Assembly: GCA_050246755.1 (NCBI GenBank)
Contig: JBFWVL010000001.1
Coordinates: 1,824,001-1,888,000, forward strand
Reading direction: 5' to 3'
Source of the DNA: Bacteriovoracia bacterium
GTDB taxonomy: Bacteria > Bdellovibrionota > UBA1018 > CAIPTA01
Length of the DNA stretch: 64,000 nucleotides
Made by a program: the position numbers and the translations under genes. The notes under the pieces are model-generated. The model ran no database searches. It worked only from the letters and a program-made list of their open reading frames with translations, and was not told the DNA's origin. Positions 1 through 9,561 of the stretch are shown piece after piece (position 1 is the stretch's first letter; every line of letters begins with the position of its first letter).

Positions 1-699
1 GCCCTGATCGAAAAGATCGGCATCGGGGTAAACGGCCTTCACGCCGGCCTGATTAGGGTTCTTGGCGCGGTAGCGCGCGAGGTTGGCGTATTCGGCTAAT
101 TTCGCGTCGGGAATTTCCGCGGCGATTTTTTTTCGCAAATTGGTTCCCGCCGGTAGAGCCTGGATGATTTCCGCCACGAAGGGGCCGAGCAGGGGATCTT
201 TGGCCGCGGAAAATATTTTATAGAGCTCTTCGGCCTGTTCGCCGCGTTTGCTCCACTCTTTCCAGGGCGTTTTATTCAGGCAGCGCTGCAACAGCAGAAC
301 TTTTTTGCCTTTTGCCTTCTGCCCCTTTGCCATTGGCTCATCACAGTCGTTCTCGCGAATAAGATCGGGAACGCGATCGAGGTAAACCGAGCCGGGGAAC
401 TCCAGGTAGAGGCGCTGGGCTTGGGCGGTGCTTTTCGCGAATTCTTTGTGGTCGCGGTAGGCGAGGGCAAGCTCGAATGTGGCGTGCTCGGCGTATTCCC
501 CATGTTCGGCGAGGGGAACGAGGCCCGCTATTTTATTCTTCGCGTGGAGAGCATGGCGAAACGCCCGCGCCGGCTTCAGGTAGTTTTTCTCGAATCCCGC
601 GGGAGGAGGGCCAAGAAAATCTTGTAGATCCCGGGGCAGGTTCGAAGAAGGCGCGGCAAGAGCTACCGAAGTAGCGAGGAATATCCAGGCAATCAACAT
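1..699 (-). CDS. Secreted, probably TPR-like helical protein (C-terminus runs off the window)
   Basis: Not in the ORF track. Hand-translated from ATG at 699 with SD AGGAG: MLIAWIFLATSVALAAPSSNLPRD... The frame is open to base 1. It has a signal peptide and a TPR-like segment YAEHATFELALAY...RLYLEFPGS. Confidence 0.75.
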   Translation of the reverse strand, partial: MLIAWIFLATSVALAAPSSNLPRDLQDFLGPPPAGFEKNYLKPARAFRHALHAKNKIAGLVPLAEHGEYAEHATFELALAYRDHKEFAKSTAQAQRLYLEFPGSVYLDRVPDLIRENDCDEPMAKGQKAKGKKVLLLQRCLNKTPWKEWSKRGEQAEELYKIFSAAKDPLLGPFVAEIIQALPAGTNLRKKIAAEIPDAKLAEYANLARYRAKNPNQAGVKAVYPDADLFDQG

Positions 700-704
700 G
701 ACTC

Positions 705-1271
705 CTACTTTAGCGGAAGTTCGCGGCTAAGTTCTTGGAGTGCCGTGAGAACTTCGGTGGCGAGCGCTTGCTCTTCGCCCACCAGCGAGCGCTGCAGGCG
801 CTCTAGTTTAGGCACCACGGAATGGATACGTTCGAAATCGCGGCGGCGGCGGATGAAAATGGCGTCCGTCATGGCATTGAAACCATCGGCAAGCTCCTGA
901 AAATTATCGTTGGTGCGGAAGCTCACGTGGCGGTCAAGTACGCCTTGTTGCATGGCCACCATCGACATCCGCAATTTATAAATCGGGCCGGCGATACGGT
1001 GCGAATGGAAGAGCGCGAGCAGAAAGGCGGTCATGATAGTTACGATGGCCACCACGATGAAGAAGATCGTAACGTCGTAGCGCGCTTCGCGCAGCGCTTG
1101 CAGGGCGGCGCCATTTTTGGCGAAGAAGCTTTGGTTCTCCATCGAATCGAACATCGTGTACACGAAGATCGGAAAAATCGAGGAGAAGGCCACCACGGCG
1201 GCGGTGAATAAAAAGGCAAAACGCACTTGGAAGGCGGGATGGATGAGGAGGTGCTTCCGGAGGTTCGTCAT
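705..1271 (-). CDS. Two-TM HAMP-domain membrane protein
   Basis: Two hydrophobic helices, then a HAMP motif SHRIAGPIYKL...FRTNDNFQELADGFNAM. No output domain. Confidence 0.75.
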   Translation of the reverse strand: MTNLRKHLLIHPAFQVRFAFLFTAAVVAFSSIFPIFVYTMFDSMENQSFFAKNGAALQALREARYDVTIFFIVVAIVTIMTAFLLALFHSHRIAGPIYKLRMSMVAMQQGVLDRHVSFRTNDNFQELADGFNAMTDAIFIRRRRDFERIHSVVPKLERLQRSLVGEEQALATEVLTALQELSRELPLK

Positions 1272-1320
1272 TGGCCTTTATTTTCCAGGAGATGAAGCAA
1301 AAAGTCTATTTTAACAGGGC

Positions 1321-2409
1321 CTAAGGCACCAAGTTACGCACAAATTCTGAAGCGGAAAAGGCGCGGAGATCTTCCGCGGTTTCTCCCATGCCCACGAAGG
1401 CCACCGGGAGGCCGAGATCCGCGCTCACGGCAAATGCCGCGCCGCCCTTGGCCGATCCATCCAGTTTCGTGAGCACCACGCCCGTGGCGGGCACGGCCGC
1501 ATTGAATTCTTTTGCCTGCGCCAGCGCGTTTTGCCCGAGCGTGGCATCGAGCACGAGCAGCACTTGGTGAGGAGCATCCGGAATTTTCTTTTGGATCACA
1601 CGCACTACTTTGCGCAGCTCTTCCATCAAATTCTCCTTCGTGTGCAGGCGCCCGGCCGTGTCGATGATTAGCTCATCGGCATCACGGGCAATGGCGGCGG
1701 CTACCGCATCGAAAGCTACGGCCGCGGGGTTCGCTCCCTGTGCGGGCACGATGCATTCCACCCCGATCCGATCGGCCCAGGTTTGTAGCTGCTCCACGGC
1801 GGCTGCGCGGAAGGTGTCGGCTGCGGCGAGCATAACTTTTTTCCCCGAAGCCTTGGCCTGGGAGGCGAGCTTGCCGGCCGTGGTGGTTTTTCCCGCACCA
1901 TTCACGCCGATGAGCAGCGTAACGAAGGGCTTCGCTTGCGGCCGCACGCGTTCCGGAACTGCCGCGAATACCGCGCCCATTTTGTCGCGTAGTTTCGTGC
2001 GTAGGCTGTCGGAATCGGGCTTCTCCTGAAAATCTTTTTTTAACGCTTCGAGCAGCCGCTCGGTCATCGAAGGGCCGAGATCTGCGGCCAATAAGGTTTC
2101 TTCGATTTTCTCCCAAAGCGGGTGGGAGGAATTCCAGGGTTGGGCGGAGCTAAGCTCCACGAACGCCTCTTTGAGGCGCGAGAGCAGTGGCTCCCGGCTC
2201 TTTTTCAACGCGAGTTCCCAGGGGGCGGGAGTAGCAACGGGAGCTTTTAAGGGGAAATCTTCGGAATCGGTGCGATTTCCAACCTCGCGTACACTAGGGC
2301 GTAAGCTACCGAGATTCTTGCGTTTTTGCCTGCGGGCCCAAAGGAGCGCCGCGGCAATAACAAAAAGTCCAATAATTCCAATAACTAAGACCAGCATTTC
2401 CGGGCGCAT
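1321..2409 (-). CDS. ftsY: Signal recognition particle receptor FtsY
   Basis: [22 protein letters not shown] and [10 protein letters not shown] motifs, with an N-terminal TM anchor. Confidence 0.97.
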   Translation of the reverse strand: MRPEMLVLVIGIIGLFVIAAALLWARRQKRKNLGSLRPSVREVGNRTDSEDFPLKAPVATPAPWELALKKSREPLLSRLKEAFVELSSAQPWNSSHPLWEKIEETLLAADLGPSMTERLLEALKKDFQEKPDSDSLRTKLRDKMGAVFAAVPERVRPQAKPFVTLLIGVNGAGKTTTAGKLASQAKASGKKVMLAAADTFRAAAVEQLQTWADRIGVECIVPAQGANPAAVAFDAVAAAIARDADELIIDTAGRLHTKENLMEELRKVVRVIQKKIPDAPHQVLLVLDATLGQNALAQAKEFNAAVPATGVVLTKLDGSAKGGAAFAVSADLGLPVAFVGMGETAEDLRAFSASEFVRNLVP

Positions 2410-2462
2410 ATTTCCCTCACTCGGTTGACTTTACCTACCGGCGGCGATAGCTCAACACATCC

Positions 2463-3185
2463 ATGAAACTTTCTCGTCTCTTACCTATCGTGCTTCCCCT
2501 CGCGGCTCTCTTGAGTCTGGGCGCTTTAGGCTTTTCGGAAGGCGATAGCACTCAGGCCACACTGTATTATTCGAAGCCGGAGTATCGTCCAGTTCTAGAG
2601 GAATGGAAGAAGGTAGGTCAAGCTCCGGGAGCAATTGCCCTCCTTACTTTCGGGGATCCTCGCTCTATCTGGAAGCAGAGCCTTACCATCGGCCAGATGA
2701 TCGAATGGCGCGCCGACCCACAGGTTTGGTCTAAAGATCAGATCCGCGATCTTTCGCAATTCATCCTGCTGAAAAGCCAGCAATACAATATTTCTCCCGT
2801 GCTCGTGGTTTCCCTCATCGAAGTGGAAAGCCAATTTCAAGCTGGGGCCCTTTCTCCGCGCGGGGCGATGGGCCTGATGCAGGTGATGCCATCCACCGCC
2901 GCCTTCCTCGCGAGCGGCGATCCGGGCGATCTCAATGATCCAAAAGTGAATATAGAATACGGCCTGCGCTACGTGAAAAAACTCAGTTCGCGCTTTCAGA
3001 AACCCGAACACGTGATTACCGCTTATAATATCGGCCCTGCCGCCCTCGCGAGAAAACTAAAAAAAGGCGAGGTAGTTTCCCTCCGCTATTACCAAAAAGT
3101 AATGGAAGCCATGCAGAACTACAAAAAACTCCCCACGGCTAACCGTAAACCGCCAGCTGCCAACGGACTTCGCTCATGGCTGTAG
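2463..3185 (+). CDS. Soluble lytic transglycosylase (SLT domain)
   Basis: Catalytic IEVES, GAMGLMQVMP and AYNIG motifs, with a signal peptide. Confidence 0.92.
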   Translation: MKLSRLLPIVLPLAALLSLGALGFSEGDSTQATLYYSKPEYRPVLEEWKKVGQAPGAIALLTFGDPRSIWKQSLTIGQMIEWRADPQVWSKDQIRDLSQFILLKSQQYNISPVLVVSLIEVESQFQAGALSPRGAMGLMQVMPSTAAFLASGDPGDLNDPKVNIEYGLRYVKKLSSRFQKPEHVITAYNIGPAALARKLKKGEVVSLRYYQKVMEAMQNYKKLPTANRKPPAANGLRSWL

Positions 3186-3868
3186 TCCTTCTCTCCGGCG
3201 GCCTCGATTCCGCGCTTAACCTTGCTCTCGCCGCCAAAGCCGGCCGCGCCTCGCTCGCGCTCACCATGCGCTACGGCCAGCGCGCCGAACCCGCCGAAGT
3301 GCGTGCGGCCCATGCTCTGGCGCGCCATTACGGAGTGCGCTGGGAAAGCGTGGACCTCGGCTGGCTCGGCGACGTAAACCCCACGCGCCTCACGCGGCCC
3401 GATACCGAGCTTCCTCAGCCCACCACCGCCGATCTTGATTCGAAGGAAAAATCCACGGCGAGCATGCAAGCCGTGTGGGTGGCGAACCGCAACGGGTTGT
3501 TCCTGAACGTGGCGGCGGCTTACGCGGAAGCTCTGAAGGAAAACGAAATCCTCGTGGGCTTCAATGCCGAGGAAGCCGTTACCTTCCCCGATAATTCACC
3601 GGCCTTTATTTCGGCCATCGACAAAGCTTTCACCTTTTCCACGCTAAACAAGGTGACCGTGCATTCCTATACCCTCGATTGGGAAAAGCCGCGCATCATG
3701 CGCGAGGCGCTCGAGACACAGCTCCCCCTCGATCTCGTATGGAGCTGTTACGAAGCCGGCCCCGGCCGCTGCTGGAAATGCGAAAGCTGCAAGCGCTCGG
3801 AACGCGCGCTCCTCTCGGCCGGTAACGCCGGAAAATCTTGGCTCGAAAAGTTAGGCTGGAAAGCATGA
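3176..3868 (+). CDS. queC: 7-cyano-7-deazaguanine synthase
   Basis: SGGLDS PP-loop, YGQR, VWVANRN, FPD and the C-terminal Zn motif SCY..C..C..C. Confidence 0.95.
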   Translation: MAVVLLSGGLDSALNLALAAKAGRASLALTMRYGQRAEPAEVRAAHALARHYGVRWESVDLGWLGDVNPTRLTRPDTELPQPTTADLDSKEKSTASMQAVWVANRNGLFLNVAAAYAEALKENEILVGFNAEEAVTFPDNSPAFISAIDKAFTFSTLNKVTVHSYTLDWEKPRIMREALETQLPLDLVWSCYEAGPGRCWKCESCKRSERALLSAGNAGKSWLEKLGWKA

Positions 3869-4449
3869 GTCTTTTGCATACCGAATTTCTGCCCGAACAA
3901 ATTCCTTATACGGGAGCGGAGCTTGCGCCTCACTGGATCTCGGCTCGCACCGAAATTTTCTCGAGCGCCGTGGTGGCCTTTCGCGGCCCCTGCATGGTGG
4001 CCACGGCGGAGCTCGTGGACCTCGAAGACCAGCGCGAAGGCGAAACGATTCAAGCCAAAGAGATGCTGCATTTCCTCGGCGAGTGGTTCGAGAACGATTT
4101 GAATTTGGGCATCGCGCGCCAATTGCTCTTCATCGCGGGTTTTGCCGAATTGCTGAATCAGCGCATCACCGGCGGCCAGCGCGTGGTGCGCCGCGGGAAT
4201 GATCTCTACGTGGAAGATTCCTCCGCCGGGATTGTGGGTAAGCTCTCGGTTTCGATCGTTACCGCTAGCCCTGTTTCCACGCTCTTCCACTTCGGCGTGA
4301 ATATTGATCCCTCGGGCGCGCCGGTGAATGCCATCGGCCTCGCCGCCCTCGATATCGATCCCGATACATTGGCCCGCGATACCCTCGAGCTTTGGGGCCG
4401 CGAGTGGACGGGGATGGCGAAGGCGCGTTGTAAGGTGATGGCGCGCTAG
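3865..4449 (+). CDS. DUF366-family protein (biotin/lipoate ligase-like fold)
   Basis: ATG overlaps the queC stop (ATGA). Motifs YTGAEL.PHW, LVDLED, MLHF, R.GNDLYV, KLSVSI and HFGVNI. Confidence 0.8.
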   Translation: MSLLHTEFLPEQIPYTGAELAPHWISARTEIFSSAVVAFRGPCMVATAELVDLEDQREGETIQAKEMLHFLGEWFENDLNLGIARQLLFIAGFAELLNQRITGGQRVVRRGNDLYVEDSSAGIVGKLSVSIVTASPVSTLFHFGVNIDPSGAPVNAIGLAALDIDPDTLARDTLELWGREWTGMAKARCKVMAR

Positions 4450-4512
4450 TTTGACGCGCCTTTCTCGCACTCTTCACGTGAAGAGTTGCCCGGCATTTGC
4501 TAAAACCTAGCC

Positions 4513-5640
4513 ATGTCCATCGTCGCACTCAAGCCCAAACTCCCCGAAGTAGCCGATTTTATCCGCGCCTGCGCCACCTACCAGCCGGGGAAACCCATCG
4601 AAGAGCTCGAACGCGAGCTCGGCATCAAAGACATCATCAAGCTCGCCTCGAACGAAAACCCGCTCGGCCCTTCGCCGAAAGCGCTCAAAGCGATCGAAGC
4701 CGCCATGGGCTCGGTGCACCTCTATCCCGATGCCTCCCACTTCCGTCTTCGCGAAGCGCTCGCCGCCAAGCTCGGCACCGATATCGAAGAAATCTACGTG
4801 GGCAACGGCTCGGAAGAAATTTTTTCCACGCTGATTCGCGCCTATTGCCGGCAGGGCGACAATAACGTGGGTTGCGGCGCCGCCTTTCTAGCCTACCGCG
4901 TGTGCAGCCAGGTGCACGGAGTGGAGTGGAGAGAGCCTACTCTCGACGAAAATACCGAGCGGGAACTCACCGCGATTTTGAATCTCGTGAGCGAGCGCAC
5001 TCGCATCGTATTCTTGCCCAACCCGAATAATCCCACCGGCACCTACGTGAAGCGCGCGGTATTGAAAGCCGTGCTCGACGAATTGAAGAAGCGCGAAGTG
5101 ATCGTGCTCCTCGACTACGCCTACAAAGAATACGCCACCGCCCAAGATCTGCCCGGCGCGATGGAATTCTACAAAGATTATCCGAACCTCATTGTTACCG
5201 GAACCTTCTCAAAAATTTATGGTCTCGGCGGGATGCGCTTAGGCTACGCGGCCGCACATCCTGATTTGCTCCTCCCGATGCGCAAAGTGAAAATGCCCTT
5301 CAACGTATCGAGCCTCAGCTTGGCCGCCGGCCTCGCGGCGCTAGAGGACCACGATCACGTGCGGCGTTCCCTCGAAGTGAACGCGGCCGGCCTCGATTTC
5401 CTCGCCAAAGAATTCCGGCGCATGGGCCTCGATTTCTGGCCGAGCCAGGGAAATTTCTACCTCGTGAAAGTTCCCAAAGACGCCAAGCTCATCTACGAGG
5501 CGATGTTGCGCAAAGGCGTGATCATCCGCCCGGTTACTCCTTACGGATTAAAAGATTGCCTACGCGTGACGATCGGCACCGAGCCGGAGAACCGCCGCAT
5601 GATCCAGTCCTTCGAAAAAACGCTGAGCGAGCTGAAATGA
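4513..5640 (+). CDS. hisC: Histidinol-phosphate (aromatic) aminotransferase
   Basis: YQPGKPI, KLASNENPLG, GNGSEE, PNPNNPTG and TFSKIYGLGGMRLGY (PLP Lys). Confidence 0.93.
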   Translation: MSIVALKPKLPEVADFIRACATYQPGKPIEELERELGIKDIIKLASNENPLGPSPKALKAIEAAMGSVHLYPDASHFRLREALAAKLGTDIEEIYVGNGSEEIFSTLIRAYCRQGDNNVGCGAAFLAYRVCSQVHGVEWREPTLDENTERELTAILNLVSERTRIVFLPNPNNPTGTYVKRAVLKAVLDELKKREVIVLLDYAYKEYATAQDLPGAMEFYKDYPNLIVTGTFSKIYGLGGMRLGYAAAHPDLLLPMRKVKMPFNVSSLSLAAGLAALEDHDHVRRSLEVNAAGLDFLAKEFRRMGLDFWPSQGNFYLVKVPKDAKLIYEAMLRKGVIIRPVTPYGLKDCLRVTIGTEPENRRMIQSFEKTLSELK

Positions 5641-6317
5641 GAACCCGCGAGCCAGTGGTCGCGATCGACGGCCCCGCGGGCAGCGGGAAGAGTACCATCG
5701 CGAAGATGATCGCGGCCCGCTTGCATTTCACCCATATCAATACCGGCGCGCTTTACCGCGGCGTGGCCCTGCTCGCGCTCGAGAAGGGGGCCAACCTCGA
5801 TAGCGAATCGGAGGTGGTGATTGCCGCTAAGAGCGCCACCTTCGAGTTTCGCGCATCCACCGCCGGAAATGTTTTGCACATCGATGATCGCGACGTTGGC
5901 AGCGAAATTCGTAGCGAGGAGGTCGGGTTAGCGGCCTCGAAGGTTTCGGCTTATCCTGGCGTGCGTAAAATTCTGCTCGGACTGCAGCGTGATCTGGGGG
6001 CGCAGGGCGGGGTGGTGCTTGAGGGCCGCGATATCGGTACCGTGGTTTTTCCCGAGGCCGAGGTGAAAATTTTTCTGACCGCTTCGATCGAAGCTAGAGC
6101 CGAAAGGCGGACCAAAGAGCTTATGGCCAAAGGGGAACAGGTAGACCTCGAGAAAATCAAAGCCGAAATGGCCCTCCGCGATAAACAGGACTCCACCCGG
6201 GCGGTAGCCCCCCTAAAAAAAGCCGACGATGCCCACCTTGTGGATACGAGCAACATGTCTATCGAAACCGTATTGGATCGATTAGAATCGATAGTACGGA
6301 ATGGCAAAAAACCCTGA
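5637..6317 (+). CDS. cmk: Cytidylate kinase
   Basis: Start at ATG 5637 overlapping the hisC stop. Motifs AIDGPAGSGKST, TGALYR, EGRDIGTVVFP and RDKQDSTR. Confidence 0.96.
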   Translation: MRTREPVVAIDGPAGSGKSTIAKMIAARLHFTHINTGALYRGVALLALEKGANLDSESEVVIAAKSATFEFRASTAGNVLHIDDRDVGSEIRSEEVGLAASKVSAYPGVRKILLGLQRDLGAQGGVVLEGRDIGTVVFPEAEVKIFLTASIEARAERRTKELMAKGEQVDLEKIKAEMALRDKQDSTRAVAPLKKADDAHLVDTSNMSIETVLDRLESIVRNGKKP

Positions 6318-7485
6318 CTTTTCACGGATCCTTCTCGTTCGCACCGATAAAATCGGCGACGTGGTTTTAACCACGCCAGCGATCGCGGCCGTACGCAAAA
6401 AATTTCCCGAAGCCCATATCGTGGGCCTCGTTTCTCCGATCGCGGCCGAAATCTATCGCCTGAGCCCCCACCTTAGCGATCGCATTGTTTTGGATCCCGA
6501 ACAGTACTCTGGCTTTTTCGGATTCTGGCGTTTGGTGGGAAGGCTCCGCCGCGAAAAATTTGAAGTGGCCGTGGTTTTTCAAACCAAGATGAGCGTGGCG
6601 CTCGCCCTCCTGTTTTCCGGAATCCGTTTTCGCATCGGTCCCTACTCGAAGTGGTGGTCGTGGATTTCTTATAATAATGGCCGTCGCCAATCGCGTTCCG
6701 CCGTGGAGATGCACGAGGCCGATTATAATATTCAGCTGCTGCGTTTCTTCGGCATCAGCGTGGCCGACACCTGGGAAAAAACCTACCTGCGGGTGGATGA
6801 AGACGTGCGCCGCGAGGCCACGCGCTTCTTCGTGGAAAAAGGCGTGTCGCGGAGATTCAAAACGGTAGCGATCCATCCCGGGATGTCGGGCTCGGCGCTG
6901 AACTGGCCCGAGAGCCACTACGTGAACCTCGCGCGCCGGCTCGTGCGCCGCTATAACGTGATCATCACGGGTGGTCCGGGAGAAGGCCCGCTCGTAGAAA
7001 GAGTTTTTCAGGGAATCGCGCGCCAGCAAGTATATGCCCCCGATCAGCCTGTGTTCACCAAGTACGTGGGGGAAAAAGGCCTCGCCGAAACTATCGCGAT
7101 TCTCGACCAATGTGATGGAATCGTGGCACCCAGCACCGGCCCCATGCACCTCGCGGTGGCCCTCGGAAAAAAAGTGGTTTCGATTTTTCCTCCCATTAAA
7201 GTGCAGAGCGCGCTGCGCTGGGGGCCTTACGGCATCCCAATCGGGACCAACCTCGGCATTAATCCCGAAGACCAAGCCTCCGTGCTTGTGCCCGACGTGA
7301 ATTGCGGCGAAGACTTCCGCTGTGCGCTCTCGGCTTGTATCTATTATCCCTGTATGCCGCGGGTTTCCGTGGAAGACGTGGAGACCCAATTGCTTGCGCT
7401 AGTGGAAGGCGGCTCGCTCACGATGTATAAAAGCCAGGGCTTCACCGGCTACGACTGGGAAGATCCAGAAGAGGACGAAGTATGA
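6301..7485 (+). CDS. Glycosyltransferase family 9 (LPS heptosyltransferase-like)
   Basis: ILLVRTDKIGDVVLTTP, HPG, STGPMHLAVALG and a C-terminal Cys cluster. Adjacent to hldA. Confidence 0.9.
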   Translation: MAKNPDFSRILLVRTDKIGDVVLTTPAIAAVRKKFPEAHIVGLVSPIAAEIYRLSPHLSDRIVLDPEQYSGFFGFWRLVGRLRREKFEVAVVFQTKMSVALALLFSGIRFRIGPYSKWWSWISYNNGRRQSRSAVEMHEADYNIQLLRFFGISVADTWEKTYLRVDEDVRREATRFFVEKGVSRRFKTVAIHPGMSGSALNWPESHYVNLARRLVRRYNVIITGGPGEGPLVERVFQGIARQQVYAPDQPVFTKYVGEKGLAETIAILDQCDGIVAPSTGPMHLAVALGKKVVSIFPPIKVQSALRWGPYGIPIGTNLGINPEDQASVLVPDVNCGEDFRCALSACIYYPCMPRVSVEDVETQLLALVEGGSLTMYKSQGFTGYDWEDPEEDEV

Positions 7486-8495
7486 GTGCGTATTCCCTCC
7501 GCCGCGATCGTTTTTTAGAGATCACGGCCCAGATTTCCAAGAAGAAAATTTTGATTCTCGGCGACGTGGGCGTGGACCGCTATACCATCGGGGCGGCCTC
7601 CCGGCTTTCGCCCGAGGCGCCGGTGCCGGTGGTGGCCGTTACGGAACAGCTCGATAAGCTCGGCATGGCCGCCAACGTGGCCGATAATATCAAGGCCTTT
7701 GGCGCGCATCCCGAATTGGCCACGGTAGTGGGCGAAGACCGCGTTTGCGAAGAGCTCTTCACTCTCATGCGCGAGAAGAAAATTTCTTCGAAGCACGTGT
7801 ATAAGCACAAAAGCCGCCGCACTTCGCTGAAAGAGCGCGTGATCGCGCAGAATCAGCAAGTGGTGCGCATCGACCACGAAAAAACGGAACCCCTGAATTC
7901 GGAAACCGAGGATTTTTTTCTCAAGCAAGCATTGCCGCTGATTTCCCAGTTCGATGCGATCATTCTTGAAGATTACGCCAAAGGATTGCTCACCGAGAAG
8001 GTTTTGCAGGCCGTGATCGCCGAGGCCAAGAAGCATAATAAATTTATCACCGCCGATCCCACCACGATCGTGCGCTCGCCGGCGCATTATCGCGGGGTTT
8101 CGCTCTTCAAGCCCAACCGCGACGAGGCCGCTAAGCTGGCCGGCGTGGAAATCGCCGATGAGGTTTCGCTCCACCGGGCCGGTAAAATTTTGCTGGAGAA
8201 AGTGGAGGCCCCGATCGTAGTGATCACCCGCGGGCGCGACGGCGTTACGCTCTTCACCCGCACCGACGCTCCGGTGAATATTCCTACTTTCGCACGCGCG
8301 GTCTACGATGTTTCGGGGGCGGGAGACACGGTGATTTCCCTGCTCACCCTCGCCATGGTTTGCGGCGCTACGCTCGTGGAAAGCGCCTTGCTCGCAAATT
8401 TCGCGGCCGGCGTGGAAGTGGGTAAGCAAGGAACCGCCACCGTTACGCTCGAAGAGCTCGAGCAGTATATGCAGCTCTTCGGGGCGCTGGTTTAG
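7482..8495 (+). CDS. hldA: D-glycero-beta-D-manno-heptose-7-phosphate kinase (RfaE domain I)
   Basis: GDVGVDRY, RLSPEAPVPVV, DYAKG and VYDVSGAGDTV (PfkB fold). Confidence 0.93.
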   Translation: MSAYSLRRDRFLEITAQISKKKILILGDVGVDRYTIGAASRLSPEAPVPVVAVTEQLDKLGMAANVADNIKAFGAHPELATVVGEDRVCEELFTLMREKKISSKHVYKHKSRRTSLKERVIAQNQQVVRIDHEKTEPLNSETEDFFLKQALPLISQFDAIILEDYAKGLLTEKVLQAVIAEAKKHNKFITADPTTIVRSPAHYRGVSLFKPNRDEAAKLAGVEIADEVSLHRAGKILLEKVEAPIVVITRGRDGVTLFTRTDAPVNIPTFARAVYDVSGAGDTVISLLTLAMVCGATLVESALLANFAAGVEVGKQGTATVTLEELEQYMQLFGALV

Positions 8496-8704
8496 CATAT
8501 ATTATTTTTATTTATACTGCTCGCTTCGGAGTGGAGAAGCGGCGCAGCATCCGATCTAAATCGGAATGCACCTAACGCGCCTGGCCGCAAAGCGCGGCAG
8601 ATCGCACCCTTCTCCCGCATTTCTCAGGAACATTTCTCTATGTTTTTAATCCATAAATGATTAGATTAGGTATGGTTTTCAATCATGTTTTCGCTATCGG
8701 AGGA

Positions 8705-9211
8705 ATGAATAAAGTGAAAAATTTATTGCTGGTCGGTTTGATGGTTATGAGTGTTTCCCTTGCTGGTTGCAGCAAAAAGTCTGACGTAAAGCCAGATGAA
8801 GGCATTACCTCTGGTGACGTTGGCAGCGGCAATATGGATGGAATGGGCGCTACCGATAGCGATTCCGGCAATGCGATGGGCCTCGAGACGGTTCACTTCC
8901 CTTACGATTCTTTCGAGATCGTTGGCGAAAACCGCGAGATCCTCAAGAACAATATCCGTATCATGAAGGATAACCCCACGCTCAATATTCAAATCGAAGG
9001 CCATTGCGATGAACGCGGCGGCATTCAGTACAACCTGGCCCTTGGTGAAAAACGCGCTAACGCCGTTAAGCAACAAGTGCTCGCCGGTGGCGTAGCTGGT
9101 TCCCGTGTGAACACCATCAGCATGGGCAAAGAGAAACCGATCGCTCCTGGCAGTGGTGAAGAGGCTTGGGCGAAAAACCGTCGCGCAAATTTCGCGATCA
9201 CCTCGAAGTAG
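8705..9211 (+). CDS. pal: Peptidoglycan-associated lipoprotein
   Basis: Lipobox LAGC. OmpA-like domain IEGHCDERG..YNLALGEKRA...AWAKNRR. Confidence 0.93.
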   Translation: MNKVKNLLLVGLMVMSVSLAGCSKKSDVKPDEGITSGDVGSGNMDGMGATDSDSGNAMGLETVHFPYDSFEIVGENREILKNNIRIMKDNPTLNIQIEGHCDERGGIQYNLALGEKRANAVKQQVLAGGVAGSRVNTISMGKEKPIAPGSGEEAWAKNRRANFAITSK

Positions 9212-9212
9212 T

Positions 9213-9557
9213 TTGATCCCGTTTCTCAAAAAAAAGGCTGTCACGCTCATGGCGCTGACGGCCTTTTGCTTTTCCGGCTGCTCCACGTTCAAATCCCGTC
9301 CCTTCAAGCAAATGGCCTACGCGGAATCGGCGGTTCAGGCGGCGGTGCTGGCCGGTTCTGAAACCAGTCCCGAGGCTGCGCCTATTTTCCAGCTCGCCAA
9401 AGACCAATTGGCCCGCGCGCGCGCCTTTTACCGGCTGAAAAACTTCAAGAATGCCCGGTTATTCGCCGTGAAGGCGCGCCGGCTGGCCGAAGAAGCCGAG
9501 TGGCGTAGTATTCATGCAAATTCGGATTCCCAAGACGATCAACCTCTGGGAAAATAG
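9213..9557 (+). CDS. DUF4398-like helical lipoprotein
   Basis: TTG start just after the pal stop, lipobox FSGC, and an Ala-rich helix pattern MAYAESAVQAA...ARRLAEEAE. Confidence 0.65.
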   Translation: MIPFLKKKAVTLMALTAFCFSGCSTFKSRPFKQMAYAESAVQAAVLAGSETSPEAAPIFQLAKDQLARARAFYRLKNFKNARLFAVKARRLAEEAEWRSIHANSDSQDDQPLGK

Positions 9558-9561
9558 GCCT

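Noticed and set aside
3176-4449. queC as part of a Qat or Dpd defence or DNA-modification island
   Set aside because: It has canonical housekeeping QueC length and motifs, and there are no dpdA, qat, ATPase or TatD neighbours.
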